Below, one piece after another: positions 21,018-31,904 of a DNA stretch of 64,000 bases (positions are counted from its first letter, which is position 1; every line of letters begins with the position of its first letter). A program made the position numbers and the translations under genes. The DNA lies in assembly GCA_946965045.2 (NCBI GenBank), contig OX337240.1:558001-622000 (forward strand), written 5' to 3'. Source of the stretch: Epithemia pelagica (taxonomy: Eukaryota > Protista > Bacillariophyta). Under the pieces are notes generated by a model. That model was not told where the DNA came from. It saw nothing but the letters and a program-made list of their open reading frames with translations, and searched no databases.

Positions 21018-22486
21018 GCTACAAATCGGAGGCGGAGAATCGCGTGTATGCGCGCGCTCCCAGAACAAAAAAGGCGCGCGAACGAAAGGTGCAATTCAGA
21101 TTTTGGAGTGAAGGGCGCAACGCCATTGCGGGCTCTCTTCTTTGTGTGTATTGTATGGCCAACACGTTGTTCGTGGAAAGACCATCTACTGTGAATCTCC
21201 TCTTTCTACGGCTACAGACAATCGAGGCCCCTACTCATGGACACGATCCACGGCGCTGCCACAAAAAGAATGAAACCAATCACCAATGCACCACCGGTAG
21301 GATGATCGCAACGATTCGAGTCCGCCATCTTGCAGCCGTGTCAAACGAGTGGTGGGGGATCGTATCGACCACCAACCACGGCTCCAAATCAACCGTGGCT
21401 CCATCACTAACCAAGCCAACACTTCGTTCCACAAATGGGAAGGATGGAGGGAGTCGTTGAGACTGAGGATTGCTTGCTTGCTTGCTTGCTTTATTGATTG
21501 GGCATGGAGGCAGAACGGGTGGTCGCATCACTTTGTCCCCATCAGCGCATCCCAAACCAACGAATCCAAGGTCATGATTCTGCCATGTTGGTTTGGGTGA
21601 ATAGGAGGAGGAGTTCCGGACGTCTCATACTGCATAAATGCCGTCCACTGGTGCAACGACCAACGCTACTTCTCGTGCGAGTGGGTGGTTGTCGGTTGCT
21701 CCTTGTCTATGGATCTGCCGTTGTGACACTTTTTCGTAGAGTGATAATATTTCCAAAAAATCATTTCTCCCAACATACTGCGAAGGGTCGTCGAGTTCCT
21801 TTGGTTGGTGTTCGTCTTTGTGTTGCGTGGAAGGTCGTTCAAGTTTTGGTGAGAAGGGCGGCCAATTTTTGCAGTGGGCATTTGCGAGGCTTGTGCCAAC
21901 GGACGACAACCGACAATCGAGCGGTTCTCCGGAAAATCTGTAATACAATCCGCTGCTTGTCGAATTTTCGGAGGTCCACCAAAAGGAGTCGTCGACGCGC
22001 CTGGAGTTCGACCCGAAATTTGGCCTCGGGAAATACAACCAAGCGTGAATGTTTCATAAATTGTAATTATCCTGTAAAGTAGAATATCTTTACGGACGCC
22101 GGAGAGTGTATAAATGCGATCGAAAAAGGGCGCGCAACCCCCACGCGCCCTTTTTTAAAGCAGATCCGTTGCACCGTGCAACTGCTTCTCTTTCATGTGT
22201 AAGGGGAAGGCCATTATTTCAAACATTGGCTGCAGCACCCAGCCTCCACCAGGAAGGCAACCCAGGGAATAATTATTGTTGTGGTAGAGAGGAAGAACCA
22301 CACCACCAACAGAACAACATCCACAACAACAGCAAAAGGCAAGGAGTTGTTCTCATAAGAGAGAGAGAGAGAGAGCGGGAAACCAGCAGTGGTGATTGTT
22401 TGTGCCATTCCTTTCAGTCCTTCTTTTTTTTGGTTCCCCACCCTCATAACACCACACAAACGCCAAACGAAGGAGACGTATTTGCC

Positions 22487-24784
22487 ATGCCTCGCCTGGT
22501 CCAAAGCTTGTCCACCGATAGTAGTACGCTGGACGATGAGCCCGTCTTTACCTTTCACTGTACCGACAATGTGATTCGATGTGGCAATGGTCATCCAGAA
22601 CGGCAGCGGCCGAGCAGTCGGCAAAACAAACGAGTCACCTTTCAGATCCCCACCAACCACAACGACGACGAACAGGAGGCACCAGCATCCGCCACTCCTC
22701 CACACCCAACACACGAGTTTTCTTCCGCAGTAGTCTGGAAGGAAGACCAGGACAATGAATGGATGCAATTTGATCAGTCCATTCCGGACAATAGCTTTGC
22801 GAAAGCGCCCAAACCAAAACATAATGCAGTCCGATCTACCAACAATGGTCCACAAGCAAAAGGAGGAGGAGAAGATTCGAGTGACAGTTGGTCTCCCATG
22901 TTTGATGATGATGTATGGGTTGGGTTCGATTCCACTTTGTTGACTGGAACTTCCCGACCAAATCATTCGCAGCATCCACAACCACAACAACAGAAAGTTT
23001 CGAACAACAGTAGGGATCCCTTTGCCTTGTCCACACCGGAAGAATGGACTGATTTTGGTGGTTCTGCTTCGAGAGCATCATTACTGCAACCCCAAGAATT
23101 GCGACCGTCCTCTCCTGGTTCCCAAGTATCGTTTTCACTCCAAGCAAAAAATCCAGTAGTGAGTAGCAGCCACACCAAGAACAACAAGAACAAGATGACA
23201 AAGCGGAGTCCACCTCGAGACTCGGTGAGCGAGGATGAGGAGAATAGCATTGTCCATGATCGGCAACGCATTAGTCAATTGTATTCGGCACCCGCTCTCG
23301 AAGAAGAAAAAGGAGGACTTCCAACCTTGCAATATGTGGTGATTCCCACCGATGGTCCGGAACCGGTTCGATCCATGGATGAGTCCGATCCCCATGCCGC
23401 TCCTGGATTGTATGCTCCCGTCATGAGCAATCTGTCGGAAACTTCCGGAACTCTGGACATGCTGAGTATGGAGTCAAGTCTCTTGGAAGATGCCTCCTTT
23501 TCGCAGCAGTGTCTGCCACATCCACAAAGTAGTGGCAGCAACGCCAGTGGACTGGGCCTCACCTTGCATGCCTTGACCTCCAATGCCATGACCTTTGCCG
23601 TAGCTCTTCGAAGTTCGTTGGCGGCCGAGGAATTGGAACCCGTCACCGACACAACGACGACCACCCGAACGGGGCGGCGGCGAGGATCGCGGCCCGTGTC
23701 GCACCCACACCAAGACGACGAAGAAGAAGACGACGACGACGAACCACATGAACGGGCCGAACCACCCGCGCGCAATGAGTCACCCGTGGATATGGTGGAA
23801 GTCCTCCTGTCGTCCCCACTGGAGAAACCTGCTTTGGAACGAGGGGCGTTGGTGTCTCGTTCCCGGTCGTTGGATTCTGCTCATGTTCCCAAACCAACCA
23901 CCAACCGTGTCGAGGAACGGCGTCGAAGTACCTCCCCTCGACGCGCGTCCACGCGTCCTCTACGACTGGAAATCAAAGACGATGCACCCATGAAAATGAC
24001 GAATGGGATTGAAATTGTTGGAAACGGTTCCATTGAATTGGTATCTCCCACATCGGATTCGTCACCACACGAAGAAAAGCCCAAGGAAGCGACCAAACCC
24101 GTTCCGATTCTCAAGGTTTCCTCCTTAGGCTCGAACCAAAGTGGTTCCTGGAAGCCATCATTGGACCAACCAGCCGCTGTCTCTAGACACCATTCTTCTT
24201 CTACCAATGGAGAGAAAGTGGATTGGACGACGAACCACACCAGTACACGCGACACTGGTTCGAAACGAACCGCGGTGGGACGGTTCATGCGACGACTGGC
24301 ACCCTGGCCAGCCAATCGTGCCAAACATTCCACCAAAGCCTCCCTGGGCACGGGCCCTGAATTCACCAACACCAAGGGCGGCGGTGATCCCCCCATGGAC
24401 GGTCGACCCGTCAGTCCCACACCCTCCAAGAAGGTAACCTTGTGCTTGGACCACCAAGAATTCCCTTCTTCTCCTCCTCCTCCCAAGACGTTGTCCAGCA
24501 AATCCATGGACTCTGTCCGGTTGCGACGTACCTGTTCGGTATCGACCGCCTCCTCGTCGTCATCGAGCAGTGATGATTCCATGACGGAACTCTCGGAAGC
24601 ACCGTCCCGGGCCCTGGTGGGAAAATTTCCATTGCTGTGTCCCGATGGATGTTTTGAAAGTCAATATCCGACCATGTTCCTCGGCGACGATCAATCCGTA
24701 GCCTCGAGTGATTGCTCGGCCAGTGCCAAAACCAGTGAATCGGCCGTGGATAAGGCACTCTGGCAATGGATCAAGACCTCCTAA
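22487..24784 (+). CDS. Ser/Pro-rich, probably disordered protein (765 aa) with acidic WxxF, DPF and RVxF motifs
   Basis: Long uninterrupted ORF with ATG after a microsatellite-rich leader. Motifs KRVTF, NEWMQFD, DVWVGFD, RDPF, EEWTDFG. Confidence 0.7.
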   Translation: MPRLVQSLSTDSSTLDDEPVFTFHCTDNVIRCGNGHPERQRPSSRQNKRVTFQIPTNHNDDEQEAPASATPPHPTHEFSSAVVWKEDQDNEWMQFDQSIPDNSFAKAPKPKHNAVRSTNNGPQAKGGGEDSSDSWSPMFDDDVWVGFDSTLLTGTSRPNHSQHPQPQQQKVSNNSRDPFALSTPEEWTDFGGSASRASLLQPQELRPSSPGSQVSFSLQAKNPVVSSSHTKNNKNKMTKRSPPRDSVSEDEENSIVHDRQRISQLYSAPALEEEKGGLPTLQYVVIPTDGPEPVRSMDESDPHAAPGLYAPVMSNLSETSGTLDMLSMESSLLEDASFSQQCLPHPQSSGSNASGLGLTLHALTSNAMTFAVALRSSLAAEELEPVTDTTTTTRTGRRRGSRPVSHPHQDDEEEDDDDEPHERAEPPARNESPVDMVEVLLSSPLEKPALERGALVSRSRSLDSAHVPKPTTNRVEERRRSTSPRRASTRPLRLEIKDDAPMKMTNGIEIVGNGSIELVSPTSDSSPHEEKPKEATKPVPILKVSSLGSNQSGSWKPSLDQPAAVSRHHSSSTNGEKVDWTTNHTSTRDTGSKRTAVGRFMRRLAPWPANRAKHSTKASLGTGPEFTNTKGGGDPPMDGRPVSPTPSKKVTLCLDHQEFPSSPPPPKTLSSKSMDSVRLRRTCSVSTASSSSSSSDDSMTELSEAPSRALVGKFPLLCPDGCFESQYPTMFLGDDQSVASSDCSASAKTSESAVDKALWQWIKTS

Positions 24785-25159
24785 GTGTATGTATACTAAC
24801 TGAGGAAGTTATCACTCGTTGTACGAACGATTCACTTTTCTTCTTAATCTTGATCGCATCAATCGGCTAGCTGTTAAGCAAACAGGAAAACATATGTGGG
24901 ATTAGAGGAAGTAAAAGTCCATGCCATACCCATCAAATTGTCCGTGATGGTCACCTTCTGTATTCGCAGAACGAACATAGGTTCAAATGCCAGCAACAGA
25001 GTACCCCTAGAAGTTTTCAACCGATAGTCGACTTATTCAAAAGAATGCACTCCTAGTGGGATGAATCGCCTCAAGCAGAGCTAGATACAGTGTCTATGAA
25101 GATTGGAGATAGAAGCTCAAGTCGGCGCCCTATTAGTTACGACTTGAGAAACCCGCGAT

Positions 25160-25227
25160 TGTCGCTTTCTTGTTCAGCAGCACCAAAATCAAGCACATGG
25201 AAAGACTGCGTCATTCAGCCAGCAACA
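25160..25227 (-). promoter_or_regulatory. Candidate SECIS element (non-canonical, no apical AA)
   Basis: Helix I UGUUGCU/AGCGACA; core AUGAC (25214-25210) and UGAA (25176-25173); GCAGU/GCUGC at the base of helix II; CC/CA where AA is expected. Upper helix II pairs weakly. Confidence 0.4.
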
Positions 25228-25296
25228 CAGTTTTATTCATCCTCATCCGAAAAGGCAAAATTGATCCTTTCAACCCAATGCATCAGCAGAGGTCCC

Positions 25297-25665
25297 TTAG
25301 AATTCATTGCCATCCAAAAGCTCTTGGATCGCATAGACAATCGCCATGCGCTCCTTTTCGGATGTGGCTCTTCCCTGTCTGGCATGTCTCTTGGAATGCA
25401 AAAGTGGACCATTGGGTAACACTGAAACTTCAAAGTTACCAGTGACACCAGGATCTTCTTTTCCCACAATCTGAATCTTGGTATTAATCGAAGGCTGGGA
25501 GAGAAGAAATTCCTCCAAACCTCGGTAGTACCGTTCGTATCCTGACGGCATTGAGAACAGAATCACTCGATGAGATTTCAGTGCAAGTAATTAACAGCAT
25601 CAATGTCATATCATCTTACCTCATCCACCTCAGTATTGTATTTGGAGAACCACAAGCTTCGCCAT
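25297..25665 (-). CDS. SelW-like Rdx-family selenoprotein with a predicted UGGU (UxxU) motif, 96 aa; exons 25665-25620 and 25541-25297
   Basis: ATG GCG AAG CTT GTG GTT CTC CAA ATA CAA TAC TGA GGT GGA TGA G, a 78-bp GTAAGA...GTCAG intron, then GA TAC GAA. Translation: MAKLVVLQIQY-U-GG-U-GYERYYRGL...GKEDPGVTGNFEV...LLHSK, matching the Rdx pattern IxYCxxUGY...tGxFEV...lhSK. Confidence 0.85.
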
Positions 25666-26350
25666 CGTCAATGAGAGAGATAGCGATCAGAGTGGGCACA
25701 AAACCGCGGGAAGAGAGGTTGGAGGGACTTCGGTCGCGACACTAGTCGCTGAAAGGGCAATATAAGTAAAAGGAAAGAGCTTAATTGGAAACAATACCAC
25801 TTGGAATGGTGTGACAAATAATATATAAGCCTTACAACTCCTATATTTAAGTCTGTAATCTGTACCCAAATAATATATATAGGCCTGAAGCTTTTTCCTT
25901 AATTGATTCCGGACAGGATAGTATCGGTTTACTTATCGGTACAATAAAAGCCCTCTTCCTCGAAAATGCATGATATAAAGGGATTTTGGCAGCTAAAAAT
26001 AAGCCCAGGTTATTGATTCAACTAATAAAGTACAGTAGATAGAATCCTCGGGGGACCGGACTGGAAATCCACGACATTCAAAAAATCTTGCTCCACAAAA
26101 ACAATCATGACCAGGTTCGACATGCAACTATGATGGATGGTCACGACGAGCAAAGCGAAGCACTTAAAATTTAGAAATGACCTTGATACACATCATGTTG
26201 GACCCAGATTTGCGGCGAGGTCTCCTGACGAAGTCAGAGGACCAATCTTGGTTTACACGAATCGATGTTCAACGGGTCGAGCGTAAATTTCATTAAGGAG
26301 GACCGACTTGGGTGTTTTCACAATCTCCGTTGACCAGACAAATCGTTGCC

Positions 26351-27625
26351 ATGAGATATCTTTCAAACAAGTCGAAACTGGCAAAGGAACGGTCAACCGA
26401 TTCCATGGTGATACGCCTAACACCGACAGTAAAAGTTCGTATTGTCAAGGAAGAGTCGGACATTGTAGCCAAAGTGGCTTCACCAATCAAGCGCACTCGG
26501 GAAGTGAGCGAAAAGAATCGACTTGCTCCAAATACTAACAACGTAGCAGCAGAATCAATAATTGGGAGGGAGAGTTCCATTATCGGGAGGAACATCGAAT
26601 TTCCAACGCCTGTAAAGCAAAGAAAAGATACTGCGACAACAACTGACCGCCCGAACTCTAATGGATCTAAGAAAGAAGCAACGAAGACAAAGGTTGCCGA
26701 CCGTCCTACCTCAGGTGCACCTAAAAGAGAAGACACGAGAACGAAGGTCGTCGACCGTCCTACCTCTAATGCATCCAAAAGAGAAGCTACGAAAACAAAG
26801 GACGTCAAGTCCAAAAGAGAAGCTGCGAAAACTAAGGTCGTCGACCGTCCTAAAGCAGATGCATCTAAAAAAGAAGCTACGAAAACAACGGTCATAGACC
26901 GTCCTAACTCAGGTGCATCCAAAAGAGAAAGTAACGCTGGTTCGATGGGAAAGCATGACATTGAAATATTTTCAACCAACGCGCAGCTAGAGGGTGTAGA
27001 CCCTCAACATAGTTCTGAAGATTCTCTCCGTGGTGAAGATGTCGAAGTTTCGGGAGCAAACATGTCTGCGGACAATGGGGAAGTACACACGAAACGAATT
27101 CCAAACGATACATCCAAGAGAGAAGCAACAGGGCCACGACGGAATGTGAACGAACCTGATATCACAAACGACGAAAACATCGAGGTAGCTTGCGCTAGGG
27201 GGTCACCCTTTCGGATAGCAAATAATCAAGGGGATACGGAGCCTTCAGTCATAACGGAGAAATCATCTCCTTGGTACATGCTCCTGTCGAAACTACGAAC
27301 AACATCTGGAAACGATGAAAAGGTTCGACAACAGGAAAGCGATCTACTAAATTCTCGCAAAAGTCGTTTGAGAAGGGTTACCTTCGTGATGAACCGCGAA
27401 GAAATTGGGGCCTCTGGGGATCTCCTCTCATTGGATAGTTCCATCACTTCTTCGTCAATGTCGACTTCCTCCAGTCTGTGCGATACTGGCACTTTTACGG
27501 GTTACAGCATGGAGACGAGAAACGAAAGCAGCCTGATGATTGCATTTATCATGTCCAACGGTTGCTGCGTCAGCCACTTCACTGAAGCCAAGTTGGTCCC
27601 GGAGGATGAAGAATATTTCCTTTAG
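26351..27625 (+). CDS. Lys/Thr/Ser-rich protein with ~18-aa tandem repeats
   Basis: Repeats K(K/R)EA(T/A)KTKVxDRPxxxAS at about 26670-26930; RRVTF motif near the C-terminus. Confidence 0.65.
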   Translation: MRYLSNKSKLAKERSTDSMVIRLTPTVKVRIVKEESDIVAKVASPIKRTREVSEKNRLAPNTNNVAAESIIGRESSIIGRNIEFPTPVKQRKDTATTTDRPNSNGSKKEATKTKVADRPTSGAPKREDTRTKVVDRPTSNASKREATKTKDVKSKREAAKTKVVDRPKADASKKEATKTTVIDRPNSGASKRESNAGSMGKHDIEIFSTNAQLEGVDPQHSSEDSLRGEDVEVSGANMSADNGEVHTKRIPNDTSKREATGPRRNVNEPDITNDENIEVACARGSPFRIANNQGDTEPSVITEKSSPWYMLLSKLRTTSGNDEKVRQQESDLLNSRKSRLRRVTFVMNREEIGASGDLLSLDSSITSSSMSTSSSLCDTGTFTGYSMETRNESSLMIAFIMSNGCCVSHFTEAKLVPEDEEYFL

Positions 27626-27947
27626 TATAGCGAGGTTTCTGCTCCGCTTCGATAAGTGAATTGTCGACGAGCGAAAAGCCTTCCAATTGCACATGTGCAG
27701 TTCTTTTGTGGGCCTGGGGTAAATCGTCTTGACGATTGTATTATTTCTCATAGAGCTTACATACTGGGGAACAAACAGATTGTATAACCTATTAGTAGTA
27801 GTTAACTTTAATATCAGATACATTTGGCCAGACTCGTCACCAATTTTAGCATGTATACTTTGTAAGGTGGACAGAGGACTTTGTCATGGAAATCAACTTT
27901 GCAGTGTTGTTCATATCGACAACGGACTACCAAGTTCTTTCTTGCCT

Positions 27948-30900
27948 CTAGATCGAAGCTGTTTCGACAGGTCCAAGATAACTTAGTTCCATGTTGGAAA
28001 CAAAAATGTCGCAATATCCTTCCGGTTGTTCATCTTTGGGGGTTGGCAACGACGCAGCCACGACCAAAAAGCTTGTTTCAGCGTCTTTGGTGGAGTTGGA
28101 GCGAACATTAAATTCTCCAAAACGGGTTGCCTTGGCGAAATCTGCTTCCGTGATACCGGTGGACTCCAATCGGATGACATTCAAAGTTTTGGAGGTGTAT
28201 TCTTGGTCCGCCGCCAGCTTACGAGTGACTTTCTTCATGTCGGTCCCCGTAACGACACCAATTCTCACATTGACGGGACCCTTGTACGCATCTCTCCAAT
28301 ATCTGGCAGAGACACTGTAGCGTCCCTGCAGCATTTCCGACAAGTCCCAGCATGCCATGGCGGAATCCGATTTGATCATGATATTCGGTGTTGCCCACGA
28401 GCCAAGTTTGCATTTCTTTCCAGTTAACAGTGCATCACGAACCTGGAGAAGATAGGGGTTCTGCTGGATCTGGGGACGAATGACGATATCACCTCCCGGA
28501 AATTCATGCAAGGCTAGTGCAAAATCCTTATCATTTCCAATGCTTGTCTTGTTTCGACTCATGTCATAACAGGACAAACCAACCACTGGATCCGTTAACC
28601 GGGCCAATCGAACCAACTTCATAAACGAAACACCACTCCCATCATTGTACATGACATGACTCAGGGAGAAGCGGCGAAGGGAAACGACTGAGACAACTCA
28701 TTCATGGTGAGACAAAGTTTTGACCCATGCAAGTCACATATTGTATGGTGAAAAAGTACAAAAACCTACCACTGGAAAAGGTTGTGAGCGAAAAGGCCAC
28801 GGGTTCCACGAGAATCGAATGTTCTTTCTTGCTGCCTCCCGCCGAATCTCGTTGAATCATGATTTCATTCAAATAGGCATTGCTGGTAATCTCGGCTCGG
28901 GACCCATCCGCTGGGTGAACGTAAAAGAGACAAATGGGCGGGGGAGTCCCATTCGTGGCCAAACCAAGATGAAAGGATTTGATGACCAATCCAACAAGAT
29001 TCCAATAGGATGCCTCTCCACGCTCATCGAGAATGGCAGTGACAGGAAGGGAAACGCTCGCACCGTCTGTTGGATACAAACAGTGGCAACACACAGTTTA
29101 GAATGCAATATCCACAAAGGATTTCTCCGGTGTATAACACGAATGTCAACCTACCTCGACCTTGATAGGACAAGCGTAACCGTCCACCTTCGGAATCCTC
29201 TTCTTGGGGACTCTCGGCCTCGAGTTTGGATCTTCGAACGACCAAGGGTGGTTCGACAGGAGTTGCTGGTACCTTGTCTTGCTGCTCGCCATCATCTTCC
29301 ATGTTTCCCAAGGCCGTTTGTTGTGGCACTTGCGGCACCAACACGAGTTCGCCACCGGGAAATTGACGCATGGCATCCAACAAATCTTCCGGACAGGTAA
29401 TAAAATACTTGACCAGTTCCGTATCCTTGGAATCGGTCGGGTCTTCCTTTTCCGTATCATTGTGGTTGCTGCTAATGGTTTGGGATTTCATGGAGTAGGT
29501 CAAGACAAACTCTTCGGTATCCAAACTATCGGCCACGGTTTCGAGAATCTTTTCGTATCGCAATTTTCCATTTTTACCAACGAGACTTTTCAAGGGGATC
29601 CGCCGACTCATGGTATCATTGTCTGTATCGAATCGTAGTAGTAGTAGAGACGAGTGAGAGGTGTGGTAAATCATTCGATGTGAGTACGTACGGATGCAGC
29701 GACAATGGTTCCATGGTTCCCACAAACGTTTTGGAGCATGGCAGCACGTACCAACCGTGGGATAACAAATGCGTGTGACCGTAGCCAGTACGAGTTCGAC
29801 CTGGATGGGCAACACATCTTGATGATTGTTGGCACAAGCAAAGAGAGCATCGGCCAAATCTTCGTCGCAGGTAATGCGATGAGGACGCTGTTTGGTACCG
29901 CCGCCATTGGATTCATCGTCCTTGTCGTCGTCGTGCGTCGGAACCAGCACAAAGGACAGGCAATGAACGGGAAGAGTAAACTGATTCGAGGCAATGGCCT
30001 TGAGATGAGAAAATCGAGGAGGTTGTTCGACTGTTTTCTCAATCAAACGGCAACTACTAAAGCTTGTTTCCAGTTTGTCTGTGTATTCGTTTCAAATAAT
30101 AATAAAACAAGAAGAAGAAAGACCAAGGGGGTCGCTGCGCACATGAGATGATGGGTTGCTTTCGGTGGAAACCAAAGGTTTTGTCAATGACAAAAGTAAT
30201 TCCCTCTCTCTCTTGTGTTCTGTTTCATCCTTGATCGCTCACACATGCACGCACTCACCTTCCCATGTGGCCATTAACTGAATGCGAATGGAGGTGGGCC
30301 ACGGTTGGATGCGCGGTGCCGGTCGCACCAGGATGCAAAGGTCTTGATCCCATTCCTCCAGGGCCTTGCCCAAAATGGCACTGGAGGACAGGGCAATCAC
30401 ATCTCCCCGGCGATCCCGGTATTGCAAGCTCCACGACACCACAGTCGTGGTCGTATCCGTATTGGGTCCACACAAGTGGGCAAATTGATTCGAAACGTGC
30501 TCCAGCAACAAATCGAGCGAAACATTGGGGGTGGTTGTGGTGGTTTCACTGGTGGTCGTAGGATCCTCCTCCACCACTTGAAAGGCACTCCAGGGAACCA
30601 ACCGAAATCGAGGAGGATCTATTGTCGTGACATGACAAACCAGGGTTGCACAAATGCACACACACGAAACGAGACCACGCGGTGTGAGTCACCAGAGTGG
30701 TTGTGGAATTCCCAACAACACATTCTACAGTACAGAATACGCACCATGGCTACCCGGTTCTTGGAGTTTGCAAAATTTGACTGGAACGGCAGGTCGCAGT
30801 GGCAGTGCTGCTGACGGTTCCGGTGAGAGAGTGTCGTTGCTGCTGGAACCGGCGTTGGGCGATTCTTGGGACATGGTGTTGGTGTTGTTGGTCTCGTCGT

Positions 30901-31270
30901 CGTTCGGGTTGTTGGTTCCCTCCACGAAAGTGTCCTGGACCACTGGCTCTCCGGGAACGGGTTCCGCGCTCGTAGGTTCTTCTTGTTGCTGTTGTTTGCC
31001 TGGTTGCACTAGTGTGTTGTCGTTGTTGTACGCTTCGGTTTCTTCATTCTCATCCTTTGCTGGTTTGGTACCATCGGGATCGGGTTGTTCGACCATGACC
31101 AAATTGGCATTGTCAAAGCAAGTGGACGACGAGGATGATTCTTCTTGTTCTTCCAGAATCATTTGTTGAATGAGTTGCTTGGCCGTATTGGTCGGCGTAT
31201 TCCTGGTCGGCGTGTTGGTGTCTGGAACAGGCTCCTTGCCTGATGGTGTCGTCGTCGTTCCAAGCTCCAT
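27948..31270 (-). CDS. Protein with five tandem PB1-like modules (889 aa); exons 31270-30745, 30618-30259, 30030-29752, 29622-29155, 29066-28770, 28687-27948
   Basis: Five GT-AG introns, all phase 1, join five track ORFs in frame (2670 nt total). Exons 2-6 each carry a PB1/OPCA-like motif, for example LQYRDRRGDVIALSS, ITCDEDLADAL, ITCPEDLLDAM, LRRFSL...IGNDKDFALAL. Confidence 0.75.
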
Positions 31271-31904
31271 GACAAAGATGAAGATTGCGTCGTAGTAAAT
31301 CGTTGAATGGTTCTATGGCGATTCTGCCTCCGATCGACCGGCACTTTGGTGACCACACTGGCACCTTCCGCAACAAAAGAACAGCAACAATCAATCACCA
31401 CAATTGTTGAAAGTTGTCTGTATCGAACAACCGTCAAGATTCAGCAATCTCAACAGAAACATGTGCTTGGATGCAAAAAAATCAAAAATCAAAAACACAT
31501 CCCATTCCAAACAACGAGCCAGCATGCGTGCAACGGCTCTTTTCGGAGCGCCAGCCATGCTTACTCTACCAAAGTGAGTGCCGGCGCTTTCGCCGTTGGA
31601 CAGCAGTTAAAATTTTTCCCAATGGCCTTCGGGCACGGTGGCCGAGTCGTTTGGGCGCAACGGGAGTACGACCAAAACACGCCCTTTCCCAACCCCAAAA
31701 GACCGCGCCTCGAGTGGGTGTTGTGGTCGTCGTCGTCGTTGTGGTCGACGCCATTGCCGATTACAGCCGAGAGCAGCAAACAAGAGAGAGTACCACCAAG
31801 TATATCATCTTGTTGGTTGTAAGCGAGAGAGAACAAACCACCTCTAGACTCTGCCTTCATTGCACACACACACAGTCCAAACAAACAAAACACGAGAGAG
31901 AATC

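Noticed and set aside
21200-22090. Overlapping 60-190 aa ORFs on both strands
   Set aside because: No convincing start, splice model or family motif. A small gene cannot be excluded.
19823-22375. (CA)n, (GA)n and (GTT)n microsatellites
   Set aside because: Ordinary intronic or UTR simple repeats.
25297-25566. The ORF-track 89-aa protein starting MILFSMPSGY
   Set aside because: Its first residues are intron sequence. The CAG at 25544-25542 is a splice acceptor and the real start is at 25665.
25621-25632. Treating the two TGA codons as pseudogenising nonsense mutations
   Set aside because: Both fall exactly on the two redox positions, and the rest of the gene and its splice sites are intact. 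Not excluded, but less parsimonious.
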